Assembly: GCA_019749945.1 (NCBI GenBank)
Contig: JAIEPF010000024.1
Span: 14,436-78,435 of the forward strand
Reading direction: 5' to 3'
DNA from: Burkholderiales bacterium
Lineage (GTDB): Bacteria; Pseudomonadota; Gammaproteobacteria; Burkholderiales; SG8-41
DNA length: 64,000 nt
Positions 29,048-38,971 of this stretch are shown here, in pieces. The position numbers and the translations under genes were made by a program. Position 1 is the stretch's first letter, and each line of letters begins with the position of its first letter. The notes under the pieces were generated by a model. That model worked only from the letters and a program-made list of their open reading frames with translations. It did not search any database and was not told where the DNA came from.

Positions 29048-30127
29048 ATGGGCAAAGCCGTCCTGGTTGTAGAAGAAGACCCCTTCCTGCGCCTGATCGG
29101 CGTCACGCTGGACCCCGCCACCAGCGCGGAACGCATCGCCGCCTTTGCCGATTTTTTTGCCCATGATCTGCCGGACTTCGACGGCTGGCTGCGCCGGCTG
29201 CGCGGCCGCCTGCCAAAGTTGTTTCCGGCGGAAGTCCGACTGGTCGACAGCAGCGAAGCGCTGCGCAGTGCACTGGCGGACGCCGATTTTGCCGTCGTGG
29301 AATCGCTGCCCTTTGGCGCCGCGGAACTGGCTGCCGCACCGCGCCTGCGGGCGGTGCAGAAATACGGGGCCATCCCCAACAACATCGACGCCGCCGCCTG
29401 TGCCGCACGCAACGTTCCCGTACTGACCATACGCCGCCGTGCCAACATCGCCTGCGCCGAACACAGCATCGCGCTGATGCTCGGCCTGTCACGACAGTTG
29501 CAGAGGACCATCAACCGTATCAGCACACAATCACTGCAAGCCGCAGGATTTTCACCGCGCACCTACGACCGCCGGCATACGGCGAACTCCAACTGGGCGC
29601 GTGTGCCGAACATCCGCCTGCTGCACGAAACCACGCTGGGCATTGTCGGTCTCGGTGAAATCGGCCGCGAGGTCGCGACCCGCGCCGCGGCCTTCGGCAT
29701 GAACATCCTCTACCATCAGCGCAGGCGCCAGCCCGCCAGTGTAGAAACGGCGCACCACGCACACTATGCCGACTTCGACACGCTGCTCGAAAGCAGCGAC
29801 TGGGTGGTGATCTGCCTGCCCGGCAATGCCAATACGCGCCACTTGTTCGACGGCCTGCGCCTGGCGCGGATGAAACCGGGCGCACGGCTGATCAACATCT
29901 CGCGTCCGGAAATCGTCGACCGCGATGCGCTGATCGCCGCATTGCGCTCCGGCCATCTCGGCGGCTTCGCGCTCGATCCCTTGTATGAAGCGCCGGGCCG
30001 CGACGACGACGAGCTGCTGCAATTCAACAACGTGCTGATCACCCCGCACATCGCCGCCCAGCCGCGTTTCAACGCACTGGACGACATCACCGACCTGATC
30101 ACCGGGCTGGAGAAAAAATGGTCATGA
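29048..30127 (+). CDS. D-isomer-specific 2-hydroxyacid dehydrogenase family protein
   Basis: 359 aa. GIVGLGEIGREVA NAD fold, INISRPEIVD and TPHIAA. Confidence 0.85.
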   Translation: MGKAVLVVEEDPFLRLIGVTLDPATSAERIAAFADFFAHDLPDFDGWLRRLRGRLPKLFPAEVRLVDSSEALRSALADADFAVVESLPFGAAELAAAPRLRAVQKYGAIPNNIDAAACAARNVPVLTIRRRANIACAEHSIALMLGLSRQLQRTINRISTQSLQAAGFSPRTYDRRHTANSNWARVPNIRLLHETTLGIVGLGEIGREVATRAAAFGMNILYHQRRRQPASVETAHHAHYADFDTLLESSDWVVICLPGNANTRHLFDGLRLARMKPGARLINISRPEIVDRDALIAALRSGHLGGFALDPLYEAPGRDDDELLQFNNVLITPHIAAQPRFNALDDITDLITGLEKKWS

Positions 30128-31095
30128 ATAAAACCTCACTCATAGTCGCCGCTGCCCTGCTCGCCGGTCATTCATTTTCAGTGCCGGCCGCCGACACCTG
30201 GCCCAGCCGCCCGATCCGCCTGGTTGCGCCCTTCCCCGCGGGCAGCTCCGTCGATGCCGCCGTGCGCGTGATCACGCCGCGAATGACCGAATCGCTGGGT
30301 CAGCCCATTGTCATCGACAACCGCGCCGGCGCCGGCGGCACCATCGGCGCGGAAGTCGGCGCACGCGCCGCACCCGACGGCTACACGCTGGCCGGCGGCA
30401 CCACCAGCACCCATGCGCTGGCCAAAGTGCTTAACCCGAAACTGGCTTATGACCCGCAGCGCGATTTTGTGCCGATCACGCTGATCGGCCACCTGCCGTA
30501 CATCCTCGCCGTGCATCCGGGCGTCGCCGCCAACAACATGCAGGAACTGATCGCGCTCGCGCGCACAAAACCGGGCGAGATCCGCTACACGACCGTTGGC
30601 GACACCAGCATGGCGCGCTTGGGCGGCGAACTGCTGTCCAATCTGGCCGGCATCAGGATCACGCCGATTGCCTACAAGAGTTCGGCGCAATCCGTGGTCG
30701 ACACCATCTCCGGCCGTATCGAACTGCAGTTCGGCACCATGGCGCCGGTGCTGCCGCATGTGCGTTCCGGCAAATTGCGCGCGCTGGCGGTGACCGGCGC
30801 GAAACGCGCGCCGGCGCTGCCCGAGGTGCCCACGGTGCAGGAATCCGGCATCAAAAATTTCGAGGTCACGCTGTGGCTGGCCGTATTCGCGCCGGCAAAA
30901 ACCCCGCGCACGATGGTCGAGCGCCTGAACCGGGAATTCACCGCGGCCATCAATACGCCCCAGGTACGCGATGCCCTGTTGCTCCAGGGGCTGCAGCCGG
31001 AAACCACGACTTCGGCGGCATTCGCCAAATACCTGGATAGCGAAATCAGCAAATGGCGCGAGGTTGCACAGAAGGCGAATCTGAAGCCGGAATGA
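30118..31095 (+). CDS. Bug family (TctC-like) substrate-binding protein
   Basis: 325 aa. Signal peptide, PIRLVAPFPAGSSVD and IDNRAGAGG. Confidence 0.9.
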   Translation: MVMNKTSLIVAAALLAGHSFSVPAADTWPSRPIRLVAPFPAGSSVDAAVRVITPRMTESLGQPIVIDNRAGAGGTIGAEVGARAAPDGYTLAGGTTSTHALAKVLNPKLAYDPQRDFVPITLIGHLPYILAVHPGVAANNMQELIALARTKPGEIRYTTVGDTSMARLGGELLSNLAGIRITPIAYKSSAQSVVDTISGRIELQFGTMAPVLPHVRSGKLRALAVTGAKRAPALPEVPTVQESGIKNFEVTLWLAVFAPAKTPRTMVERLNREFTAAINTPQVRDALLLQGLQPETTTSAAFAKYLDSEISKWREVAQKANLKPE

Positions 31096-31138
31096 GGATG
31101 CAAGCACCGGCGGTCGGTGCGTCGCCGCCCTGCGCGGC

Positions 31139-32107
31139 TTAAAAAACGAGTTGCATCACTGCCGCAAGTTTTGCGCCGCTCAGCCACGCGCCTTCGATCC
31201 TGCCATCGGCGCACCAGTCGCCGCAGGTGCCAATGCGACGACCGGCATTCCACAGGCATCCCGTGCCGGTGCCGGGGGTGAGTGCATAACGCCAGCGGTG
31301 CGCGATCATCTCCACGGGCGCCGGGACATCCCCGATCAGCGCCCGGAAGGCATTGGCCAGTTGTGTTGCGATGTCGGATGCCGCAGCCTCCAGATGAAGC
31401 TGCGACCATTCAGCATTGGCCTGCAGAACCCAGCGCTCTCCGGCTGCCCGTCCCGGCCGCGAAGCATCACGCATCACCCAGCCGAGCACCGGATGCTCGA
31501 CAAACGCCGCATCGAAGGCAACACCGGGCGCTTCCGCAAAACGGATCATTGCGGTCCAGCACGGCCGGTATTTCACGGCGCCGGCCTGCGCCGCGAGGTC
31601 GGGGGCCGCGGCACAAAGCGGCACCGCCTGCACCGCAGGTATTGCAAGAGCAACGGCATCAAATCCGGACTCGCCGCCTTCGTCCCAGGACAGCCGCCAG
31701 CCGTATTCCCCGGGGGTGACCGCCGTCACCCGGCATTCCGGTTCGACGTTGATGTCGGCGCCAAGCGCGCGGCAGACCGCATTCATGGCGGGTGTCGCAA
31801 CAAACCGTGGCTCTGCCGGTGCAAGCAGGCGGACTGCGCCGGCCTTGATCTGCGCAATGCGCCCGGCATAAGGCGCGGCCAGGCCGGCGGCCAGCCATGT
31901 TTTCACCTGCGCCTGGAATGCCGGGCTGCGCGCAGTGAAATACTGCGCGCCGTGGTCGTAACTGCCGCCGGCTGTGCGCCGGGTGGCCATGCGCCCGCCC
32001 GGCCCGCGGCTTTTTTCGAATACCCGCACCCGGTGTCCGGCATCCATCAACAGCCTTGCGCACGACAGCCCGGCAATGCCGGCGCCCACCACCGCAACCT
32101 TAGCCAT
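31139..32107 (-). CDS. NAD(P)/FAD-dependent oxidoreductase (renalase-like)
   Basis: 322 aa. VAVVGAGIAGLSCA...VFEKSRGPGGRM. Confidence 0.8.
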   Translation of the reverse strand: MAKVAVVGAGIAGLSCARLLMDAGHRVRVFEKSRGPGGRMATRRTAGGSYDHGAQYFTARSPAFQAQVKTWLAAGLAAPYAGRIAQIKAGAVRLLAPAEPRFVATPAMNAVCRALGADINVEPECRVTAVTPGEYGWRLSWDEGGESGFDAVALAIPAVQAVPLCAAAPDLAAQAGAVKYRPCWTAMIRFAEAPGVAFDAAFVEHPVLGWVMRDASRPGRAAGERWVLQANAEWSQLHLEAAASDIATQLANAFRALIGDVPAPVEMIAHRWRYALTPGTGTGCLWNAGRRIGTCGDWCADGRIEGAWLSGAKLAAVMQLVF

Positions 32108-32390
32108 CTTTTTCCTTGGTTGAAACCGCCTTCAGCGGCAGCCGGTCATGTTTTTTATCCGCATCGCTCTGCGCTCCCGGATCCAGCCCCATCAGGCGCA
32201 GCGACCAGGCGGACAAAAACCCGATCACCAGCGGCCACCAGGTATCAAGCAACAGGGCCAGCGCAGCCGCCATGGCGTAAGTCGCCGCGAGCAACAGCGC
32301 GCCGGGATGGCGGCGCTGCCACCAGGTAAACAGCAACGCAGCAGCGAGCAGGAAAAAAACGGCGCAGAACAGATAAATGACGATACTCAT
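32100..32390 (-). CDS. small membrane protein, hypothetical
   Basis: 96 aa from the ATG at 32390 with three hydrophobic segments. 8-nt overlap with the downstream oxidoreductase start. Confidence 0.4.
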   Translation of the reverse strand: MSIVIYLFCAVFFLLAAALLFTWWQRRHPGALLLAATYAMAAALALLLDTWWPLVIGFLSAWSLRLMGLDPGAQSDADKKHDRLPLKAVSTKEKDG

Positions 32391-32514
32391 GATCGATGCG
32401 GGATGCAAAAGGCCGATTTTATTGCAATAAACAATTGACGTCGCTGCCACAATCGGCACCCCGCGCCGGTTGTGGCATGCTAGACAGAATAATCATTAAA
32501 AAATATACCCGGCC

Positions 32515-33723
32515 TTGAGCACATCCAGCCCCAAACGCGCATTGACCGCCTGCTGTGCGGCGCACTCGCTGCACGACGGTTTGTCCGATCTCACCTACGT
32601 GCTGCTGCCGCTGCTGGCGCAGACTTTCGGCCTGTCGCTGGCGCAGGTCGGCATGATACGCGCGGCGCACCGCACCGCGATGGCGGCATTCCAGATCCCG
32701 GCGGGACTGGTCGCCGAACGTTTTGGTGAACGCAATCTGCTGGCCGCCGGCACCTTTATCGCCGGCGCGGCCTTTGTCGGACTGGCGTTTATTGACGTCA
32801 ATCATGCCTCCGCGTTCTGGATGCTCCTGGTCGCGCTGTTTTTCGCCGGACTCGGCTCGGCGGTACAACACCCGCTGTGTTCGACCATCATTTCCAACGC
32901 GTTCCCGGATGCCGGTCGCCGCACCGCGCTGGGCACCTACAACCTGTTCGGTGATGTCGGCAAGTTTGCCTTCGGCGGACTGCTGAGCCTGCTCTTGCTG
33001 GGCGGCCTGTCGTGGCAGGGCCCCGTGGTGTTCTACGGTCTCGCCGGCATGGCAACCGCCGCCGCAGTGCTGTTCTGGGTCGCCGGCAACAGCTCAGCAG
33101 CCACGGCAACCGCGAAGCACGCCGACACCAAGCCATCAAGCGGCGGCTGGGGCATCCGCAGCAAACGCGGCTTCGGCGCGTTATGCCTGATCGAAATCAT
33201 CGACAGCAGCACCCGCACCGGTTTCCTGACGCTGATCGCCTTCCTGATGATCGACAAGGGTCTGTCTGCCGGCTGGGCTGCGCTGTCGGTGCCGCTGATC
33301 CTTGTCGGCGGCATGGCCGGCAAATACGCCTGCGGCCTGTTCGCCGAACGCGTCGGCATCATCCGCACCATCATCCTCACCGAAATCGCCACCGGCGTCG
33401 GCATACTCTGCGCCGTGGCGCTGCCCGGCATGGCAGCATTCCTGCTGCTGCCGCTGATCGGCATCGCGCTGCAGGGCACCTCATCGGTGCTCTATGCCAC
33501 CATCGGCGATCTGGTCGAGCAACCGCGCCTGCCCCGCGCCTTCGGCCTGTTTTACACGCTGGGCTCCATCTGCGGCATTGCCGCGCCGCTGGCTTACGGG
33601 CTGGCCGGCGACCATATCGGCGTCGCCAACGCCGTGGCGCTGATGGGCATCGCGATATTATTTGTGCTGCCGCTGTGCGCGGTGCTGAAACCGGCGATCG
33701 GCGCAGACCCGGTGCGTATCTGA
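32515..33723 (+). CDS. MFS transporter
   Basis: 402 aa (TTG start) with about 12 predicted hydrophobic helices. Confidence 0.85.
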   Translation: MSTSSPKRALTACCAAHSLHDGLSDLTYVLLPLLAQTFGLSLAQVGMIRAAHRTAMAAFQIPAGLVAERFGERNLLAAGTFIAGAAFVGLAFIDVNHASAFWMLLVALFFAGLGSAVQHPLCSTIISNAFPDAGRRTALGTYNLFGDVGKFAFGGLLSLLLLGGLSWQGPVVFYGLAGMATAAAVLFWVAGNSSAATATAKHADTKPSSGGWGIRSKRGFGALCLIEIIDSSTRTGFLTLIAFLMIDKGLSAGWAALSVPLILVGGMAGKYACGLFAERVGIIRTIILTEIATGVGILCAVALPGMAAFLLLPLIGIALQGTSSVLYATIGDLVEQPRLPRAFGLFYTLGSICGIAAPLAYGLAGDHIGVANAVALMGIAILFVLPLCAVLKPAIGADPVRI

Positions 33724-33782
33724 TCCACGCATTTATTCCACATTACCATCGGCCTGCAACACCACCATTGGAGGCGCCACAC

Positions 33783-34430
33783 ATGAGCAAACAACGCATC
33801 AGTTACATCCCGCTCGACCAGATGACCCCGGAAATGCGCGCCGAGATGGAGCGCTGCGCGCGCGAAGGCACGCCGCGACCGGAGAGCACGGCGGTGCGTG
33901 CCCATGTGCCGGCCTGCTTCTGGTTTTTCGCCAATTCCTGGAACGACGTGTTCCGCAACGGCATCCTCGATCACGCGATCAAGGAGGTGTGCCGCATTTA
34001 TGTGTCGCGCTCGGTGGTCTGCGAATTCTGCGGCAACCAGCGTTCGATCAAAGGCCAGCAGGCAGGGATCAACGAAGGCCAGGTCGATGACCTGATGAAT
34101 TTCGAGAAATCCGCCAACTACGATGAACGGCAGAAAGCCGCGCTGGCCTATGCCGAAGCCATTGTCTGGCGCAGCGACACCGACGATGCGTTCTGGGAAC
34201 GCATGTACCAACATTTCACCGAGCCGGAACTGGTCGAACTGGGCTGCGCCATCGGCCTGACGCTGGGGCAGCAGAGCTGGTTGCGCCTACTCAACATCGA
34301 CCATCACCAGGTCATGGCCGGCACCACGGCCTCGATGGCCCCGGGGTTTGAAACCGCCGAAGCCCTGGCCAAAACCAAGGCTGCACCGGATTACTGGGCA
34401 AAAAAGGCGCCGCTCAAAAACACCGCCTGA
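33783..34430 (+). CDS. carboxymuconolactone decarboxylase (AhpD-like) family protein
   Basis: 215 aa from ATG 33783 (GGAGG upstream). CRIYVSRSVVCEFC motif. The upstream part of the 472-aa track ORF is out-of-frame overlap with the MFS gene. Confidence 0.8.
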   Translation: MSKQRISYIPLDQMTPEMRAEMERCAREGTPRPESTAVRAHVPACFWFFANSWNDVFRNGILDHAIKEVCRIYVSRSVVCEFCGNQRSIKGQQAGINEGQVDDLMNFEKSANYDERQKAALAYAEAIVWRSDTDDAFWERMYQHFTEPELVELGCAIGLTLGQQSWLRLLNIDHHQVMAGTTASMAPGFETAEALAKTKAAPDYWAKKAPLKNTA

Positions 34431-34448
34431 ACAGGCCCCCCTCACCCA

Positions 34449-34472
34449 AGCGCCCCTCCGGGCGCTTTTTTT
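34449..34472 (+). terminator. rho-independent terminator
   Basis: AGCGCCC-ctcc-GGGCGCT followed by TTTTTTT. Confidence 0.75.
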
Positions 34473-34489
34473 ATGCCCGCAGATGGTTG

Positions 34490-34518
34490 TTGACAGTGCT
34501 GGAATACATGCTTATATT
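34490..34518 (+). promoter_or_regulatory. sigma70 promoter of hemP
   Basis: TTGACA, 17 nt, TATATT. Confidence 0.6.
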
Positions 34519-34531
34519 GATAATCATTCTC
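34513..34531. promoter_or_regulatory. Fur box overlapping the -10 element
   Basis: TATATTGATAATCATTCTC matches GATAATGATAATCATTATC at 16/19 positions. Confidence 0.7.
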
Positions 34532-34555
34532 ATTTAATAAAGGGGCCCTGCCGCC

Positions 34556-34738
34556 ATGTCCCACACCGATACCAGCACCATCACACCGCCGCCCGCGACA
34601 CCTCCGGTCAGCGGCGCAGCCCCGGAAATCAACAGCCTGCGCCTGCTCGGCGAACAAGGCCTGCTGCGCATCGCACACAAGGGCGCGGTCTACACCCTGC
34701 GCACCACCAGCAAAGGTGGATTGATCCTGACCAAATAG
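34556..34738 (+). CDS. hemP: hemin uptake protein HemP/HmuP
   Basis: 60 aa. C-terminal ...LLGEQGLLRIAHKGAVYTLRTTSKGGLILTK matches the HemP family signature (Y.LR.T..GKLILTK). Confidence 0.8.
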   Translation: MSHTDTSTITPPPATPPVSGAAPEINSLRLLGEQGLLRIAHKGAVYTLRTTSKGGLILTK

Positions 34739-34856
34739 TACGCACCCCACCTGCTGCGCACCGAATCTGACGCATCCAAAACCCGCTCCTCCGCCAGCCC
34801 AAGGGCCCTCCTGCCCGGTCGCCAGCCTCCACCCACACGAAATCCGGAGACTGTGC

Positions 34857-35096
34857 ATGAATACCGCCCCGCCCAAACCTGTAGACGACGCCCGCATCCC
34901 CGTCGCGGCGACGCTCTACCTGATGTCGCACTATGCCCACCGCCCCTGCCCCCTGATCGCCCACGCCATTGCCGAACAACTGCTTCATGTGTCGCAGTCC
35001 TGCACCGGCAGTTCATCGCTGGTGCTGCAAAAACTGGCGGATACGCTGCTGCCGCAGTGGCGGCGCATCGCATGCGGCAACGTCGTACGCCACTGA
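34857..35096 (+). CDS. hypothetical small protein
   Basis: 79 aa with GGAG 8 nt upstream and strong GC3 bias. No recognisable family. Confidence 0.45.
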   Translation: MNTAPPKPVDDARIPVAATLYLMSHYAHRPCPLIAHAIAEQLLHVSQSCTGSSSLVLQKLADTLLPQWRRIACGNVVRH

Positions 35097-35103
35097 AAAC
35101 ACC

Positions 35104-35346
35104 ATGCACAACTCTGCCAAACGAAGAATATTGTCCAGCGGACTGGTCGCCGAAGTCGAACACTGCGCGGGCTGCGAAATCATGCACCTGCACATCGGCG
35201 CCTTCACGCTGCGCATGAAAGCCGCGGCGCTGCACGACCTGCGCGACACGCTGAGCCACGCGCTTGCCGCCTTGCCCGGACACGACTGCGAAACCGCAAT
35301 GCATGCAGGCGCAGATCTGCGCTCATCCGGCGGATCCTGCCACTGA
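35104..35346 (+). CDS. hypothetical small Cys/His-rich protein
   Basis: 80 aa from ATG 35104, 7 nt after the previous stop. CAGC plus several His and good GC3 bias. No recognisable family. Confidence 0.4.
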   Translation: MHNSAKRRILSSGLVAEVEHCAGCEIMHLHIGAFTLRMKAAALHDLRDTLSHALAALPGHDCETAMHAGADLRSSGGSCH

Positions 35347-35354
35347 CACCGGCC

Positions 35355-35498
35355 ATGCACCGGGTATCACCACGACCGGCCGGTTTTGCGCTGACCGCGA
35401 CGGGAATATCCGCTGTCGGCCTGCTCTCGGCGCTCATCGACGGCACGCTGGGCTGGGAGTACCTGGCGCAGGAACTGCTGCTCCGGCTCGCGCACTAG
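35355..35498 (+). CDS. possible 47-aa hydrophobic peptide
   Basis: ATG 8 nt after the previous stop. ...ALTATGISAVGLLSALIDGTLGW... shows GC3 bias, but there is no clear SD. Confidence 0.2.
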   Translation: MHRVSPRPAGFALTATGISAVGLLSALIDGTLGWEYLAQELLLRLAH

Positions 35499-35609
35499 GC
35501 GCAACTCCCACCGCCGGCCTTCCCCGTTCCACAACGTGACGGCTTATGTTACAGACTTACCTGCTGCACAAATGCAGGTAATCTACTACAAAACCAAAAA
35601 GGAATAAGC

Positions 35610-36416
35610 ATGCTGGATCTCAAAGGCAAGGTTGCGTTCGTCACCGGCGCGGGCAGCATCGGCGCGGGCTGGGGCAACGGCAAGGCCGCCGCCGTGCTGC
35701 TGGCGCGTCAGGGTGCGCAGGTCTTCGGCACCGACCTCAACGCAGCAGCGGTGGAAGCGACACGCGCGATCATCGCCAAGGAAGGCGGCGACTGCAGCAC
35801 GCATATTTGCAACATGACGGATTCGGGCTCAGTCAAAACTGCGGTCGATGCCTGCATCAAAAAATACGGCCGCATCGACATCCTGATCAACAACGTCGGC
35901 GGCTCGGCCCCCGGTGATCCGGTGAGCATGAGCGAGGAAGTCTGGGACAGCCAGGTCGACCACAACCTGAAGACCGCCTTCCTCGGCTGCAAACACGTGC
36001 TGCCGGTGATGGAAAAACAGCGCAGCGGCGCCATCGTCAATGTGTCGTCAGTCGCCGGCTTCGCCCATCAGGTCGACGGTCGCGTACACATCGCCTACAG
36101 CGCGACCAAATCCGGACTGTTTGGTTTCACCCGCGCCACCGCCATTGCCTATGTCAAAAAAGGCATCCGCTGCAATATGGTGGTGCTCGGCACCATGCAC
36201 ACGCCGCTGGTCGAAGAGCGGCTGATGAAACAGCTCGGACCCGAAGCCGCCAGGGATCTGGTGGCGAAACGCCATGCCGCGGTGCCGATCGGCCGCATGG
36301 GCGACGCCTGGGATAGCGCCCACGCCATATTGTTCCTCGCTTCCGATGAAGCGCGTTACATCACCGCGACCCAGCTCGTGGTGGATGGCGGACTCACTGC
36401 GGCCCGGCCCGGCTGA
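35610..36416 (+). CDS. SDR family oxidoreductase
   Basis: 268 aa. VTGAGSIGAGWG, NNVG and YSATK catalytic motif. Confidence 0.9.
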   Translation: MLDLKGKVAFVTGAGSIGAGWGNGKAAAVLLARQGAQVFGTDLNAAAVEATRAIIAKEGGDCSTHICNMTDSGSVKTAVDACIKKYGRIDILINNVGGSAPGDPVSMSEEVWDSQVDHNLKTAFLGCKHVLPVMEKQRSGAIVNVSSVAGFAHQVDGRVHIAYSATKSGLFGFTRATAIAYVKKGIRCNMVVLGTMHTPLVEERLMKQLGPEAARDLVAKRHAAVPIGRMGDAWDSAHAILFLASDEARYITATQLVVDGGLTAARPG

Positions 36417-36489
36417 GCGGATTTCGCGGCGCGGAACTTGTCGCGCTGCGCATTGCCCAACCGGCGTTCCAAAAAACAGGAAATCCACC

Positions 36490-37422
36490 ATGAACGAATC
36501 GCAGCAGAAAGCCGTGCTGACCGTGTGCCTGATGGCCGCATTCGCCGACGGCGGCAAACACGAGCGCGAACGCACTGAAATCAAAAACATTGCCGAGTCT
36601 CTGGCCGGTCAGGCCACCATCAACATCTCCGCACTTGTCCAGGACGTGCTGCTCCAGCGCGCTTCGCTGCCGGCCATTGCCGCTGCGCTGAACACGCCGG
36701 AGTCCCGTCAGCTCGCGTTCGAGATGGCGGTCTGTGTCTGCGACGCCGACGGCGCACAATCGCCTGCAGAACGGGATTTCCTCGATACGCTGCGCGGCGC
36801 GCTGGGGCTGGACGCGCGCCAGGCAGACACCTTCAGCGCACAGGCGGAAGCCATCGCCAGCGCGCCCGTCGCACCCGCAGCAGCGGCCGCTGCCGCCTCG
36901 ACGATGACCCGCGAGGACATGGACAAGGCCATACTCGACGCGGCCATCCTCAACGGCGCGATCGAACTGCTGCCCGAATCACTGGCGACGATGGCCATTA
37001 TCCCGCTGCAGATGAAACTGGTTTACCGCATCGGCAAGTCATATGGTTATGAACTCGATCGTGGCCACATCAAGGATTTCCTCGCCACTGCCGGCGTCGG
37101 CCTGACTTCGCAGTACCTGGAACAGGCGGGACGCAAACTGCTCGGCGGACTGTTGCGCAGCGTCGGCGGCGGATTGCTTGGCGGCCTCGGCAAACAGGCG
37201 GTCAGTTCGGGCATGAGTTTCGCCAGTACCTATGCGCTGGGCCATGTCGCGCGTCGTTACTACAGCGGCGGGCGCACGCTGAATACACAGATGCTGCGCG
37301 ACGCCTTCAATGACATGCTGGGTGAAGCCAAAAACCTGCAGGCGCGTTACCTGCCGCAGATGCAGGCGCAGGCGCGCACACTGGATGCAGGGCACCTCGT
37401 CACCCTCGTACGGCAGACCTGA
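36490..37422 (+). CDS. TerB-like N-terminal domain protein with DUF697/YcjF-like C-terminal region
   Basis: 310 aa from ATG 36490. LMAAFADGGKHERERTEI (TerB-like) and a C-terminal IIPLQMKLVYRIGKSYGY pattern. The family assignment is tentative. Confidence 0.65.
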   Translation: MNESQQKAVLTVCLMAAFADGGKHERERTEIKNIAESLAGQATINISALVQDVLLQRASLPAIAAALNTPESRQLAFEMAVCVCDADGAQSPAERDFLDTLRGALGLDARQADTFSAQAEAIASAPVAPAAAAAAASTMTREDMDKAILDAAILNGAIELLPESLATMAIIPLQMKLVYRIGKSYGYELDRGHIKDFLATAGVGLTSQYLEQAGRKLLGGLLRSVGGGLLGGLGKQAVSSGMSFASTYALGHVARRYYSGGRTLNTQMLRDAFNDMLGEAKNLQARYLPQMQAQARTLDAGHLVTLVRQT

Positions 37423-37435
37423 GGCATCCCGCGGG

Positions 37436-37478
37436 AAATATTATAAGCTATTGATTATAATAACTTTTATTCGAATTT
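37436..37478 (-). repeat. AT-rich dispersed element, copy E4
   Basis: aaatattataagctattgattataataacttttattcgaattt. Shares attataag..attg with E7 and caatag.ttata with E2. Contains the stop codon of the PrpF-like gene. Confidence 0.7.
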
Positions 37479-38657
37479 GCGTGTACCGGCGCCAACCAAT
37501 GCCGGCACTTGTGACGCACGCACCAGCACCTGTCCCTCGAACATGCGCCGCTGCGTGCGATAAAACGCGCCCTGCTCCGCGTGCCATAAACCGTCTTTTT
37601 GTTTGACCGTGGCCGCCACGGTCAGGATGCCGGAAGGCATGCCGATGCGGATCGGCGCTTCGGTACCCGCCCCCTTGCGCAGCACCTCGTTGACCACACT
37701 GCCTTCGATACGCGCCGCCACCGCCATACACAGCGAAACCGTCAGCGGCAGCGCACGATGCGGCTGACCGTTGGAAATCACGCGGCCGGTGAGATCGATG
37801 TCGCCGGCGGCAATCGCTGCGCCGGACAGCATTTTTGCGTCCTGTGCAACAGACACAAAACCGATGAAAGGCACGGATTTGTTTTTCGCCGCATCTGCGG
37901 CATTCTTCGTAATGCCCATCGCCACTGACGCCGCCCTGCGGATCGCTTCGAGTTTGGCCATCACTGCGACATTGACTTCCAGCGCTTCCGGCAGTTCAAT
38001 GCCGGTCAGGCCGAGATCCTTCGCGTTGACCCACACCGTGGCATTCGCCGCATCGACCATCGAGGCGCGGATGTTGCCGACGCCCGGCACGTCGAGCGTA
38101 TCGACCACATTGCCGGTGGGCAGCAGCTTGCCGGTGGTGGCGCCGCCCGGATCGCGGAACTCGAGCTTCACCGGCGAGCCGGTGCCGGACACGCCGGGGA
38201 TCGCCAGATCGCCGTCGACTGCGGCCAGTCCGTCGTCGAGGCTGAACAGCGCATGGATGATTTTTTTGGTGTTGGTGTTGTGGATGCGCACCAGCGCCTC
38301 GCGCCCCGACACCTTGACGATGCCCTCGTCCACCGCGAACGGCCCCATCGCCGAGGACATGTTGCCACAGTTCGCGCCGTAATCCACCCTGGCTTCCTTC
38401 ACCTGCACCTGAGCAAAGGTGTAATCGATGTCGGCATCGGGACGCGTCGGCGGACCGACCACGCAGACCTTGGACAGCGAGGACACGCCGCCGCCCATGC
38501 CGTCGAGCTGGCGGCCGTTGGGGTCGGGGCTGCCGATCGCGGCGAGGAAAATTTCATCCCACAGGGCCCTGTCCTGCGGCAGGTCGCGCTGATTGAACAC
38601 CACCGCATTGCTGGTGCCGCCGCGCATGAACACCGCCGGCAGTTTGAACTGTTTCAT
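37467..38657 (-). CDS. PrpF family isomerase (2-methylaconitate isomerase / 4-oxalomesaconate tautomerase-like)
   Basis: 396 aa from the ATG at 38657 (AGGAGG upstream). MRGGTSNAVVF and ANCGNMS motifs. Confidence 0.85.
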   Translation of the reverse strand: MKQFKLPAVFMRGGTSNAVVFNQRDLPQDRALWDEIFLAAIGSPDPNGRQLDGMGGGVSSLSKVCVVGPPTRPDADIDYTFAQVQVKEARVDYGANCGNMSSAMGPFAVDEGIVKVSGREALVRIHNTNTKKIIHALFSLDDGLAAVDGDLAIPGVSGTGSPVKLEFRDPGGATTGKLLPTGNVVDTLDVPGVGNIRASMVDAANATVWVNAKDLGLTGIELPEALEVNVAVMAKLEAIRRAASVAMGITKNAADAAKNKSVPFIGFVSVAQDAKMLSGAAIAAGDIDLTGRVISNGQPHRALPLTVSLCMAVAARIEGSVVNEVLRKGAGTEAPIRIGMPSGILTVAATVKQKDGLWHAEQGAFYRTQRRMFEGQVLVRASQVPALVGAGTRKFE

Positions 38658-38971
38658 GATTGCCTCCTGTGCCTCTGATCTAAGCGTGATTATACGAACA
38701 AAGTTTACAAACCAAGGCTGTTGCAAATCACGGCACAGCACGAGTTGGCACAAGTCTTCAGTGTTGCAGGCGCTGTCATGGTGCATGCGGAATGGTGGCC
38801 TGCAGGCATGTTCACCATATGGATGCTTGCTAATCAACAGCGCGCTGAAACACTTGCTGTAGTTCGTCTTCAGTGCCGGACTGCGGTATTCTAATGGTAA
38901 TTGCACACTACAGCCGGGCGGCTGCAGCGCAGATCCGGATCGCGTCGCCCCTTACTCCAGGAATCCATCAT

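Noticed and set aside
32481-32499. Second Fur-like box upstream of the MFS gene at 32515 (agaATAATCATTAaa)
   Set aside because: Only about 11/19 matches to the Fur consensus, which is essentially a single half-site. This is insufficient.
33012-33782. Upstream 257 codons of the 472-aa ORF 33012..34430
   Set aside because: Out-of-frame overlap with the MFS transporter and an Arg/His-rich translation. The AhpD-like protein starts at ATG 33783 behind a GGAGG.
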